Shown here one piece after another: positions 1 to 7,853 of a stretch of 64,000 nucleotides of DNA. Below the pieces are notes generated by a model. That model did not search any database. It was given only the letters and a program-made list of their open reading frames with translations, and had not been told where the DNA came from. Origin of the DNA: a virus; the IMG/VR virus record IMGVR_UViG_3300006175_000009, positions 14,118 through 78,117 of that record. One strand, given 5' to 3'. Every line of letters starts with the position of its first letter. Position 1 is the stretch's first letter. A program made the position numbers and the translations under genes.

Positions 1-773
1 TTGAAGACGCCGGAGGAGGGCTTCTGAGCCTTCTTCTCGTCAATCCCCAGCGCCTTGATCATGTACTCAGCGCTGACACGCTCGAAGTCGGGGGCCGGAG
101 CAGCGATCGGAGTGGCCTGGGAGGGTTCTTCCCGCTTGTTGTTGAAGCTGCCGGGCAGACGAAGAACCGCAGCCGCGTGGGTGACGGCCTTGTCTCCGCC
201 CAGGTGGGCGAACTTCTCGGCCAGCGCCCGGTTGATCATCTGAAGCTTGACCCCGTCGATCGGGGCAGCCAGTGGGATGACGTACTGGAAGTTCCGGCCA
301 GAGCCCGAGTTCCAGATGAACGCGCCCAGGTCGTATAGCCACTGGAGAGCCTCGTTCATGGCGTCCTCGCCAGGGAACTCGACGTGGTTGACGTCGTTGT
401 CGCCCCAGACCGCCCAGATCTTCTCCGAGGCGTTCGCCTTCTGGCGCTTCGAACGGAGCTGCGGACGGGCCTCAGCGTCGATCGGCTTGAAGGAGCCCGG
501 AGAGAAGTACATCTCGCGAGTGGTCGCACCAGCCATCCAGTGGCCCCCGACCTGGGTCAGAGCGTCAGCCAGATTGGCCGGGAAGTAGTAGGTCTGGTAC
601 CAGCGACGCTGGAGCTTGCCGTCGATCAGGGTAACCTCGTGCTGGGGAAGGTCTTCGACAGCGACCCGGAGCTGAGGCAGGGAGGCGAGGGTGACCATAC
701 CCTCGGAGTTCGCGTGGATGGCGTCCAGCATGGTCAGCGCGATCGACGTGTCGATCATCGGCTTCTCGGTCAT
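1..773 (-). CDS. RepB-type (AEP superfamily) DNA primase domain protein; C-terminal part runs off the window; absent from the ORF track
   Basis: Hand translation from ATG at 773 (RBS GGGAGG): MTEKPMIDTS...IWAVWGDNDV...IWNSGSGRNFQYVIPL...GGDKAVTHAAAVLRLPGSFNNK, open to base 1. The DxD, SG..Q and LRLPGxxNxK motifs are typical of RepB/AEP primases. Confidence 0.75.
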   Translation of the reverse strand, partial: MTEKPMIDTSIALTMLDAIHANSEGMVTLASLPQLRVAVEDLPQHEVTLIDGKLQRRWYQTYYFPANLADALTQVGGHWMAGATTREMYFSPGSFKPIDAEARPQLRSKRQKANASEKIWAVWGDNDVNHVEFPGEDAMNEALQWLYDLGAFIWNSGSGRNFQYVIPLAAPIDGVKLQMINRALAEKFAHLGGDKAVTHAAAVLRLPGSFNNKREEPSQATPIAAPAPDFERVSAEYMIKALGIDEKKAQKPSSGVF

Positions 774-818
774 GGTTTCCCTCCCAGTTGGTGTCTTTCG
801 GACTTGCTGACGAGGAAG

Positions 819-848
819 ACTTAACCACAATCAGTTGTGCTCTGTCAA
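819..848 (-). promoter_or_regulatory. Sigma70/HrdB-like promoter for the primase gene
   Basis: TTGACA followed after about 18-19 nt by a TAAGTC-like -10, then the CTTCCTCGTCAGCA motif. Confidence 0.5.
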
Positions 849-852
849 TCAA

Positions 853-888
853 GAGAACCCCCTCCGGTTGGACCGGAAGGGGCCTCTT
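853..888 (-). terminator. Intrinsic terminator after the Prim-Pol gene
   Basis: GC hairpin (cccctccggt/accggaagggg) followed by a pyrimidine tract on the minus strand. Confidence 0.6.
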
Positions 889-3621
889 CTAGCTGCCCGT
901 AGCCTTTGACAGGATCAGGTCAGTGTAGCGACTCGGGATGGCGCGGTACTTCACGCTCAGGTCCCTGGTGACCGTGTTGCCCTGGCCGTCGTCCATCTCG
1001 ACAGACTTGGCCTTGACGGGCGCTCGCTGCTCTGCGTTGACCCCACGTAGCTCGGTGTCGATACCAGCGGCGTCAGTGAGTGATCGAGTGCGGTAGTCCT
1101 GGCGTCCCACCTGTGACCAAATGTCGGCCAGCTTGGGGACGTTGACCCTGAACTCTCCGTCGCGCTCGTTCCTGTAGACCGCCATGACCAGACCGTGCTC
1201 ACCGGGGCGAGTCGGGAACCCAAGGTGACGCCAGACGGTCGGGATGACCTCCAGGATGACGCTGGAAGCGTTCCCCAGATCCTCCTGAGAGCTGATCCAC
1301 TCGTCTACCAGGCCGACCCACTTGGAGTCGCCTGTGAGGCTCTCCAGAACCCGCGCACCGGCCTTCAGGTAGCCGTAGGACTGACCGACACGAGACGACC
1401 CGTCAACATCTCCGATGGCCTTGCTGTGGCACAGGATCGAAGCCACGAGGCTTCCGGCGATCTTGGTGAAGTCGTTGTTGAAGCGGGCCTTGAGGGGCTT
1501 GACGTCAACCTCGTACTGGTTCTTGCCAGGGTGGCGGAGCGACATGCGGTCCACGATCGTTGGCATGTCCAGCTTGATCAGTCGGTCACGGTTGGCCTTC
1601 TGGGAGTTGAAGTTGGTTGTCATGCCCTCGGACGAGATGATCGTAGCAGCGCGGAACTTGCCACCAGCGCGCTTGCTCGCGTTGGCCACGCTCATCTTGT
1701 TCTTGGCACCCTTGGTGATCGCCAGGCGGATCAACTGCTGTAGCTCTTCGTTGATGTGTACATCGTCAAACCAGACCACGCCGTTGTTGTTGGCCGTGTA
1801 GGCGTTCTCCGCAGACGCACGAGTCCAGGCACCACCTGAAGTGTCTACCCCGATCATCTGGAGTCCGGACTTGGTGTAGCTGGTCTTGCCCGACTCCGCA
1901 AGGCCCTCGATCTGGAGAGCGGGGAACATCTCTCCCTCGGTGAACTGGCCACGCAGGACGACCATGACGAGCCAGGAGCCCAGAACGGCAGCCACCTTCT
2001 CGTCGTGCCAGGTCAACCACTCCTTGAAGATGCTTACGGCCTCTTCGCACGACACTTCGAACCCGTAGGCGGACTTCGAGTTCTCCGTAGCGTACTCGGA
2101 TGGCAGGCAGTCAGCGAAAGGTGCCAGTGCTGCTCGGCCAGGCTTGATCACACCTTCGTTGGTGATGAAGGCGTTGAAGATCTGGTTCCAGCCGGTGAAG
2201 CCGATCTCGGAGAGTTCAGGCAGGTCGAAGCTGTCCAGGAACATGGTGACCTGGTCCGCTGTCACGAACTGACCGTTCGCCTGGTTCGGAGGGTAGGTTG
2301 CCCCACCGAAGGCGCGCATCCACTTCTTGAACTCCCTCTCACCGATCAGCTCTTCGGAAGAGATCATCCGCTCGCCGATCAGCTCGCCAGAGCCCTTGAA
2401 GACGTTGACACGCCAGGCGCGACGGTCGGTGCTCATGATCACACGGGTAGGCACCAGGCTGAAGTTGGCCACAGGCGCGTACGCCACGGTCTTCTTCCCA
2501 GACTTGTCCTCCTGCATGAACCGAACGGTGAACTCGTCGTCCTGGATGCCCAGGAAGCCAGTGCGCTTGGTGAACTGCTCCGCGTTCGCAGGGATGGCCG
2601 GGTTCTCGGGCTTGTTGAAGATCGGGTTGCCTTCACGTTCACGCTTCTTGGCAACCTCCTTCGCCCAGAACCGCTGAAGCTGGCCCGTAACTATCTCGTC
2701 TGTCTGCGGCCTGCGGGAAGCACGCTCATAGTTCAGGACAAAGGCGAGAGCAGCCTCATAAGGAAGTCCGGCCTTGACGAACATCTGGGCAACGCCACCA
2801 GCAACGGCAGTGCTGTTGTCGTTTCCTCGACCGGAAGCACCAGGAGAGGCGAGAGCCTTGACGTACCAGGGAGTTGAGGGATCGACTTCGTCCGGAATGT
2901 GGACCGAACCAGGCATGTCCTCGGGGAGAATCTCAAGATCGTCATTCTCCTTGACCTTGGGCAGGTTCTGAAGGTGGTCAACCCATGCCTGAGGAAGTTC
3001 CGGCAGTTCATCGACTCGCGGAACGCCTTCACTGACCTGACCGACTGGACCGTACCAGCGGTACTGGCGAACCTCTCCCGTGGTTTCGTTGACTACCTCG
3101 GAAGGCCAGGCGACCGCGTACCGATAGTTGTGCTGTACGAAGTCGATGAAACCCGTCTTGGAAGGCCACAGAAGCCCGCTGGGAACACGAAAGAACCGAA
3201 TCCCTGACGGGTTGGCGAACCCGCGTGAGGTAGAGCGCCAGGTGGCGGGAAGGGCTCCGAGCTGCTCTTCGAGTTCCGCAAGCTGGTCTGCTCCATCCTT
3301 CTCGACACCCTTCTTCTCGTAGTGATCCACGTCGATGCCGATGACGTTCTCAGGCATGCGCAGAGCTACGTTGTTGTTGCTGTTGTGCGCCCACACGTGG
3401 ATCTGGTGATCGGTCGGGTAGATCCCGGTGTTGACCATGCCAGTGAACCCCGAAGGAGGGGTCATCTTCTTCATGTGAGGCAGAGGAAGAACGCCACGCC
3501 ACCCGAACTCGGTGTAGAGGTTGACGCTGCTGGCGTACGGACCCTTGCCCATGTCTGCGGAGAGCTGGCACCCGTCCTTAGTGCACGGAGCCTTAGTGGC
3601 TGTGTCGATCATCCTTGTCAA
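889..3621 (-). CDS. Bifunctional DNA primase/polymerase (Prim-Pol) fused to a C-terminal P-loop helicase-like domain
   Basis: N-terminal Prim-Pol motifs (GWRGVLPL, NVALRMPENVIGIDVD, LPATWRSTS, YAVAWPS, LPELPQAW); C-terminal Walker A GLAESGKTS and Walker B VVWFDD. Confidence 0.85.
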   Translation of the reverse strand: MTRMIDTATKAPCTKDGCQLSADMGKGPYASSVNLYTEFGWRGVLPLPHMKKMTPPSGFTGMVNTGIYPTDHQIHVWAHNSNNNVALRMPENVIGIDVDHYEKKGVEKDGADQLAELEEQLGALPATWRSTSRGFANPSGIRFFRVPSGLLWPSKTGFIDFVQHNYRYAVAWPSEVVNETTGEVRQYRWYGPVGQVSEGVPRVDELPELPQAWVDHLQNLPKVKENDDLEILPEDMPGSVHIPDEVDPSTPWYVKALASPGASGRGNDNSTAVAGGVAQMFVKAGLPYEAALAFVLNYERASRRPQTDEIVTGQLQRFWAKEVAKKREREGNPIFNKPENPAIPANAEQFTKRTGFLGIQDDEFTVRFMQEDKSGKKTVAYAPVANFSLVPTRVIMSTDRRAWRVNVFKGSGELIGERMISSEELIGEREFKKWMRAFGGATYPPNQANGQFVTADQVTMFLDSFDLPELSEIGFTGWNQIFNAFITNEGVIKPGRAALAPFADCLPSEYATENSKSAYGFEVSCEEAVSIFKEWLTWHDEKVAAVLGSWLVMVVLRGQFTEGEMFPALQIEGLAESGKTSYTKSGLQMIGVDTSGGAWTRASAENAYTANNNGVVWFDDVHINEELQQLIRLAITKGAKNKMSVANASKRAGGKFRAATIISSEGMTTNFNSQKANRDRLIKLDMPTIVDRMSLRHPGKNQYEVDVKPLKARFNNDFTKIAGSLVASILCHSKAIGDVDGSSRVGQSYGYLKAGARVLESLTGDSKWVGLVDEWISSQEDLGNASSVILEVIPTVWRHLGFPTRPGEHGLVMAVYRNERDGEFRVNVPKLADIWSQVGRQDYRTRSLTDAAGIDTELRGVNAEQRAPVKAKSVEMDDGQGNTVTRDLSVKYRAIPSRYTDLILSKATGS

Positions 3622-3665
3622 CCATTCTGCTTTGAGACCTTGATTCTAACGGTTGGCAATGACTC

Positions 3666-3890
3666 TCAGGCAGCCTCTTCCACGTCCACAACAGTGAGAA
3701 GGTCGATGGGGTTGCAGCCAAGCATGTCGGCGATCTTGTTGATCGTAGGCAGTGTGGGGATTCGCTCGCCACGCTCGAAGTAGGTGGCCGTTCCGTTGGA
3801 ACCAAGGATGCCTGACACGTTGGCCCGTGTCATTCCACGGCGCTCCCGAATGGCCTTCATGGCCTCACCGTTAAACTTCAGTTCCTGCAT
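3666..3890 (-). CDS. XRE-family helix-turn-helix protein
   Basis: MKAIRERRGMTRANVS...YFERGERIPTLPTINKIADMLGC pattern; RBS GAAAGGA. Confidence 0.85.
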   Translation of the reverse strand: MQELKFNGEAMKAIRERRGMTRANVSGILGSNGTATYFERGERIPTLPTINKIADMLGCNPIDLLTVVDVEEAA

Positions 3891-3970
3891 CTCGTATGTC
3901 CTTTCGCGTGTCCTTGCGAGACACAGTTAAGCACATACGTAGGAGTCCAGTCAAGTGTGCTCTTTGGGCA

Positions 3971-4009
3971 AAAAGAAGGCCCTCCCAGGACGAGGATACC
4001 AGGAGGGCC
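3971..4009 (-). terminator. Intrinsic terminator ending the tRNA cluster
   Basis: GGCCCTCC...GGAGGGCC hairpin followed by TTCTTTTT on the minus strand. Confidence 0.7.
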
Positions 4010-4011
4010 GG

Positions 4012-4086
4012 TCGCTCAGGTTGGTCTCGAACCAACGCATCTCCCCGTTATGAGCGGGGTGCCTTAACCAGCTTGGCCACTGAGCG
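4012..4086 (-). tRNA. tRNA-Met(CAU), elongator or Ile2 type
   Basis: Acceptor CGCTCAG/CTGAGCG, anticodon arm CCCCG-CTCATAA-CGGGG, T-loop TTCGAGA. Confidence 0.9.
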
Positions 4087-4091
4087 AAGAG

Positions 4092-4170
4092 AGCGAACAG
4101 ACGGAGTCGAACCGTGATCCACCTGGGTTGCAGCCAGGCCCCAGTTGCCCACTGAGTTAGGACTATCCGC
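4092..4170 (-). tRNA. tRNA-Cys(GCA) with enlarged, atypical D-arm
   Basis: Acceptor GCGGATA/TGTTCGC with U73, anticodon arm CCTGG-CTGCAAC-CCAGG, T-loop TTCGACT. Confidence 0.75.
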
Positions 4171-4217
4171 AGAGCTGGGGAAGGCGGCTCGCCAGCCGTG
4201 CGTCCCTTACCCCAACG

Positions 4218-4296
4218 TGGAGAATCTGGGAGTCGAACCCAGCTCCTGGAGCTTCCCTCGTGGGGCTTTGACTCCAGTCGAAACCAACTATTCCCC
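4218..4296 (-). ncRNA. Mini-tmRNA: tRNA-like domain only (no mRNA-like domain)
   Basis: GGGGAAT-AGTTGGTTTCGA-CTGGAGT-(18 nt)-GCTCCAG-GAG-CTGGG-TTCGACT-CCCAG-ATTCTCC-A. G3-U70 alanine identity pair, stemless D-loop with the tmRNA-like GGTTTCGAC signature, no anticodon arm. Confidence 0.75.
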
Positions 4297-4355
4297 ATAC
4301 CAGACACCTCTCGGGAAATCTCAAGGAGGTGGGCTTTTACTGTCTGATTGCCGCG

Positions 4356-4428
4356 AGCCCCCGACAGGATTCGAACCTGCGTCACCGACTTACAAGGACG
4401 GTGCTAAACCAGCCTCAGCTACAGGGGC
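4356..4428 (-). tRNA. tRNA-Thr(UGU)
   Basis: Acceptor GCCCCTG/CGGGGGC, anticodon loop CT-TGT-AA, T-arm GCAGG-TTCGAAT-CCTGT. Confidence 0.85.
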
Positions 4429-4561
4429 AGCATGCCAGTTTGTTTTGTCAAGCGAAGCTGACACTCTCCGCCTTGGAAGACACGACCTGACCTACACCCG
4501 CGTTAGCGGTTAACAGGTAGTAATTGTAGCCGCAGATCATTACGACTTCATAGCGTGCCCG

Positions 4562-4629
4562 TGGACCCACGGAGAATCGAACTCCGCTGGAGTGCCTTGC
4601 AAAGGCTCCCTGTCACCTTGACCAGGCCC
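4562..4629 (-). tRNA. tRNA-Ala(UGC), short (68 nt) with truncated D-arm
   Basis: Acceptor GGGCCTG/TGGGTCC with G3-U70 and A73; anticodon loop TT-TGC-AA; D hairpin only GTCA-AGG-TGAC. Confidence 0.7.
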
Positions 4630-4701
4630 AAAAAGCATCATAACCGGAACAGCTTGTCCACCGGTAGTGCCTCCCCATGAATCGAGGTCTTTGATGCTAC
4701 G

Positions 4702-4784
4702 TACCGAAGGTGGGACTCGAACCCACAATCCCGAAGGCACTAGTTCCTAAGACTAGCGTGTATATCCAGTTCCACCACTCCGGC
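4702..4784 (-). tRNA. tRNA-Leu(UAG)
   Basis: Anticodon arm CTAGT-CTTAGGA-ACTAG, variable arm CC-TTCG-GG, T-arm GTGGG-TTCGAGT-CCCAC. Confidence 0.9.
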
Positions 4785-4800
4785 ATGTTCAGTTGTTGCG

Positions 4801-4895
4801 TGATCCGAGCAGGAATCGAACCTGCGTTACCCAGCCATCCTAAGCCTCAAGCCTAGGCATCAATCCGGGCGGCTTTCCATTTAGCCTATCAGACC
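4801..4895 (-). ncRNA. tRNA-like RNA with a ~23-nt hairpin insertion in the anticodon arm
   Basis: Acceptor GGTCTGA/TCGGATC, D-arm GGCT/AGCC and T-arm GCAGG-TTCGATT-CCTGC are intact; the anticodon stem CCCGG/CTGGG encloses 30 nt including CCTAGG-CTTGAGG-CTTAGG. Confidence 0.65.
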
Positions 4896-4971
4896 AAGGG
4901 AGACGCAGACGCGGGGGGAGGATCTACGTCTCCACTAGAACCAGGTGGGGGGGCCCTGTGTTCGTGGTACT

Positions 4972-5002
4972 AGCTTAGCACAGTCCATAGCCCCCTCGTC
5001 AA
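4972..5002 (-). promoter_or_regulatory. Promoter of the tRNA cluster
   Basis: TTGACG-N19-TAAGCT with a TGn extended -10. Confidence 0.45.
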
Positions 5003-5009
5003 GCCAGAA

Positions 5010-5957
5010 TCAGTGTCGAGTGAAGTTTTGTGCGAAGCCCAGCTCAGCGAGGTTGCTCAGCTCCTCCTGGTCCCCGTACTTCCGGCCTCGAAGGCAAGCC
5101 TCGGTGAAGGAGCACATGTACTTGCAGGTGTCTTCCTTCGGAGTGCGCTCGTGCCGGTTGTCGAGTCCGTAAGCCTTCAGGACGGTCGCTGTGGCCTCGC
5201 GTGCGATGGTGTCCAGCTCGGAGGGCATCCGGTCCATGTAAGTGCGGGAGAAGCGCTCTTCGGGGGACTGCATCTTTGGCCGGACGCCAGCTCGTTCGCC
5301 AGCTTCCTTTCGAACTTCCCAGCGCTCGATCTCGCCAGGAATGTCGCCCTTGTTCATCTTGGTCTTGACGGCATTATGAACAGCCATGAAAGACGGGTTG
5401 CCCAGTTCCCGTAGGGCCCACAGGTAAAGGCTGAACTGGTCGCTCAGGGCGTAGTCCTGCTCCTTCGGAAGAGTGGAACAGGTCTTATGGTCAAGTACGA
5501 GAAGGCGGTTCTTCTCATCGCGGACGATCAGGTCGATGGAGCCCTTGAGGATGATCTCCCGCTGTCCTTCGAAAAGGGTCGGGAGGGGGACTCGGAACTT
5601 GTGTTCGACGGCTCGGATGTTCCAGAGGGAATCTCCGTAGTAGCGCTCGTGATAGCCTTCGAACATCCAACGGACAATAGCCACAGCCTCCTCATCCGAG
5701 TCCGACTGTACTGGTACTGAGTCGAGTACATGATGAGCTGCCTTCACGCATTCCGCGAGAGGCTTTCCCTCCATTCGACCCAGATAGTACTGCTCGACAA
5801 CGGCATGGAAAAGGGTGCCCTTGCCCAGAGCTGTGTTCAGGTTGTTCTTCTTGGACCACCGCATCTTGTACTCAAGCATGTGCTTGTGAGGGCACGTGCG
5901 GTAGCTGTTGATCTCGGACCACGAGACAACTAGGGGCTCTGGGTTAGGGCTGGACAT
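5010..5957 (-). CDS. Cas4/RecB-like PD-(D/E)XK exonuclease
   Basis: SWSEINSYRTCP, GTLFH, GSIDLI...VLDHKT, QFSLY and C-terminal CKYMCSFTEAC (four-Cys Fe-S pattern); probably leaderless (TAAACT 6 nt before ATG). Confidence 0.85.
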   Translation of the reverse strand: MSSPNPEPLVVSWSEINSYRTCPHKHMLEYKMRWSKKNNLNTALGKGTLFHAVVEQYYLGRMEGKPLAECVKAAHHVLDSVPVQSDSDEEAVAIVRWMFEGYHERYYGDSLWNIRAVEHKFRVPLPTLFEGQREIILKGSIDLIVRDEKNRLLVLDHKTCSTLPKEQDYALSDQFSLYLWALRELGNPSFMAVHNAVKTKMNKGDIPGEIERWEVRKEAGERAGVRPKMQSPEERFSRTYMDRMPSELDTIAREATATVLKAYGLDNRHERTPKEDTCKYMCSFTEACLRGRKYGDQEELSNLAELGFAQNFTRH

Positions 5958-5999
5958 GATCCCAGTTTACCATGAGACCATGCCCAGCGCGCAACATCC

Positions 6000-6434
6000 C
6001 TACTGCTCCGGGTCGAACACCTGGATCTCGAAACCGTAGCCGTAGTAGAACGGGTTCCCGCAGGACCAGTTCACGGTCAGTTCCAGCACGTCACCCATGT
6101 CGGCGTAGATGTGCCAGGTGGTGTATCCGTCCGTGGTTCCCACGCCCATGATGATGTGGTCCACCATCTCCGGGTGCAGCAGGAAGGCTTCCAGGTCCGT
6201 GTAGGCGCAGCAGTCCCCCTGTCCTACTAGGAAGACCTGCTTCCCGTTGTCCAGGGTGATCTTCGGAGCGCGTGCCGATCGCCACCACTCGTCCTCGTTG
6301 TACCCCGGAAGCAGGGCGTTCTTCTCAACGCTGACGATCTTGTGGCCGACGATCGCCTCTTCCAGCTTGGTCTTGCTCTCGACCATCGTGCCGTCGTCGT
6401 CGTCACCGTCGAGGATCTCAGTCTTGTAGTGCAT
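6000..6434 (-). CDS. Hypothetical protein, actinophage-type acidic
   Basis: RBS GGAGGG before ATG 6434; GDCCAYT and GNPFYYGYGF motifs; strong codon bias. Confidence 0.6.
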   Translation of the reverse strand: MHYKTEILDGDDDDGTMVESKTKLEEAIVGHKIVSVEKNALLPGYNEDEWWRSARAPKITLDNGKQVFLVGQGDCCAYTDLEAFLLHPEMVDHIIMGVGTTDGYTTWHIYADMGDVLELTVNWSCGNPFYYGYGFEIQVFDPEQ

Positions 6435-6478
6435 GATGTTCCCTCCGTGTCGTTGTACCAACACCCTATCAGATGTTG

Positions 6479-7159
6479 TCAGGATTGCCAACCCATCTTG
6501 CGCTCGCACTCAGGACCGATGTAGCGCTCCGAGCCGTCCTTGGCCTTGATGGTCGGGTTGAGCTGAGTGCCACACCGGACACATGAGTGGGTCTCCTGGC
6601 CGAACTTCTTGGCCTGCTCGCGGGTGAGCTTGTGGTGCTTGCGGATCTTGTTGATACTGCCAGGGGCAGGCATGAACTTGTGGGTACGGACACCGTTGGA
6701 GATGTGCTCCGGGTGGGTCAGGGCCGTGAGAAGCATGGCGTAGAGGTAACCCCGCTCCGACCGGCGAACCTTGTAGATCGCGTCACTGATCATGTACAGA
6801 CCTTCTTCGATCCCGATGGGGCTCTGGACGAGCGTCCGCAGTCGGTCGATCTCAGTGCTGGCGGACTTGCGGTTGAGCTTGGTCAGATCCAGAATCTCGC
6901 CAGTGGTGTCGATCAGTTCTTCCAGAAGGCGGATCTGGGCTTCGGTGGGCTCCAGAGCCTTCGCCTCGCGGGCACGCTCGATACCCGTCTTGTTGCCGAG
7001 CGCCTTGGTGAGGAGGCCCGACGCCTGTCCCTTGGTCATGCTCTGAATGTCACTCTCGGAGGCCAGGCCCATCTTGCGGATGGTCTTGATCTGGGCGACC
7101 GTGGCAGCGTCATCCTGCCAATTACGGGAAGATGCGCCCAGGATGCTCTGGTTCGACAT
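6479..7159 (-). CDS. Protein with two helical AT.AQI...ASxxI repeats and a C-terminal DUF6011-like Zn ribbon
   Basis: ATVAQIKTI...TKGQASGLL and PTEAQIRLL...NRKSASTEI repeats; CVRCG...YIGPEC; RBS GAAAGGA. Confidence 0.6.
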   Translation of the reverse strand: MSNQSILGASSRNWQDDAATVAQIKTIRKMGLASESDIQSMTKGQASGLLTKALGNKTGIERAREAKALEPTEAQIRLLEELIDTTGEILDLTKLNRKSASTEIDRLRTLVQSPIGIEEGLYMISDAIYKVRRSERGYLYAMLLTALTHPEHISNGVRTHKFMPAPGSINKIRKHHKLTREQAKKFGQETHSCVRCGTQLNPTIKAKDGSERYIGPECERKMGWQS

Positions 7160-7170
7160 GGGGGTTCCTT

Positions 7171-7374
7171 TCAGGAGAGGTCCGCGTAGCAAGCGGTACC
7201 ACTGTAGTAGGTCTGGCTCACCGGTTCAAGCCATGGCTCGGGGTCGAACTTCCTGCGAGGAGAGTAGAGCACCTGCTCGTCGGTCTCCCACAGCTTGACC
7301 ACCTCACCACGTCTGCGAGCCTCCTTGAGCTGCTGGCTCGCCTTGTTCTTGTCGGTGGGCTTCTTGCTGTTCAT
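7171..7374 (-). CDS. Small hypothetical protein, probably leaderless
   Basis: ATG lies 7 nt after a -10 box. Confidence 0.5.
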   Translation of the reverse strand: MNSKKPTDKNKASQQLKEARRRGEVVKLWETDEQVLYSPRRKFDPEPWLEPVSQTYYSGTACYADLS

Positions 7375-7381
7375 GGTCGTA

Positions 7382-7410
7382 ACTGTAGAGCCTCCTGGGT
7401 TGCCTGTCAA
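7382..7410 (-). promoter_or_regulatory. Sigma70/HrdB-like promoter (leaderless transcript)
   Basis: TTGACA-N17-TACAGT. Confidence 0.65.
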
Positions 7411-7517
7411 GCAAAGAACCTCTCGCCGGGGGAGTTGGCAAGAGGTTCTAAGGGAGGTGCTGATGGAGGGGTTGGTCCATCGGAAGACTCCAAGTATTCA
7501 GTTGGGGAAGGGTGGAA

Positions 7518-7796
7518 CTAGGCGGTACGGCGCTCCCTGTTGACCTCCTGGTCGCGAGCCAGATCCTCATCCGAGATGTGGAAGACGTTGTCGCGGAGGT
7601 ACTTGCCGAACTCCTTGGGGGTCTTGGAGAAGGCATCGAGAGCTTCGATGGGGTTAAGGCTGTAGACCTTAACGATCCGGTTGAACAGTTCACGACCAGG
7701 CATCCGGGTTCCGGAGCGGAGTCGCGAGGCGGTGGTGAAGTGGCACTCGACAGCGGCGGCGAAGCTGTAGAGCGTGACACGTGGATGATTCGTCAT
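7518..7796 (-). CDS. Small probable HTH DNA-binding protein
   Basis: TLYSFAAAVECHFTTASRLRSGTRMPG resembles an XRE-like HTH; leaderless promoter TAGACA-N18-TAGCCT upstream. Confidence 0.5.
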   Translation of the reverse strand: MTNHPRVTLYSFAAAVECHFTTASRLRSGTRMPGRELFNRIVKVYSLNPIEALDAFSKTPKEFGKYLRDNVFHISDEDLARDQEVNRERRTA

Positions 7797-7853
7797 GGTA
7801 GTAGGCTATCAGTTGGGTTGACTGTGTGTCTAGTTTAGGTGTAGAGGATCGTA

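Noticed and set aside
4801-4895. Self-splicing group I intron in the tRNA
   Set aside because: A 23-nt insertion is far too short for a ribozyme.
4012-4895. tRNA cluster as a host integration boundary (prophage att site)
   Set aside because: Phage genes flank both sides, no integrase or duplicated tRNA 3' end is seen in the window, and the tRNAs are divergent phage-type.
5010-5957. Cas4-like gene as evidence of a CRISPR system
   Set aside because: No repeat-spacer array or other cas genes are visible; solo Cas4-like nucleases are common in actinophages.
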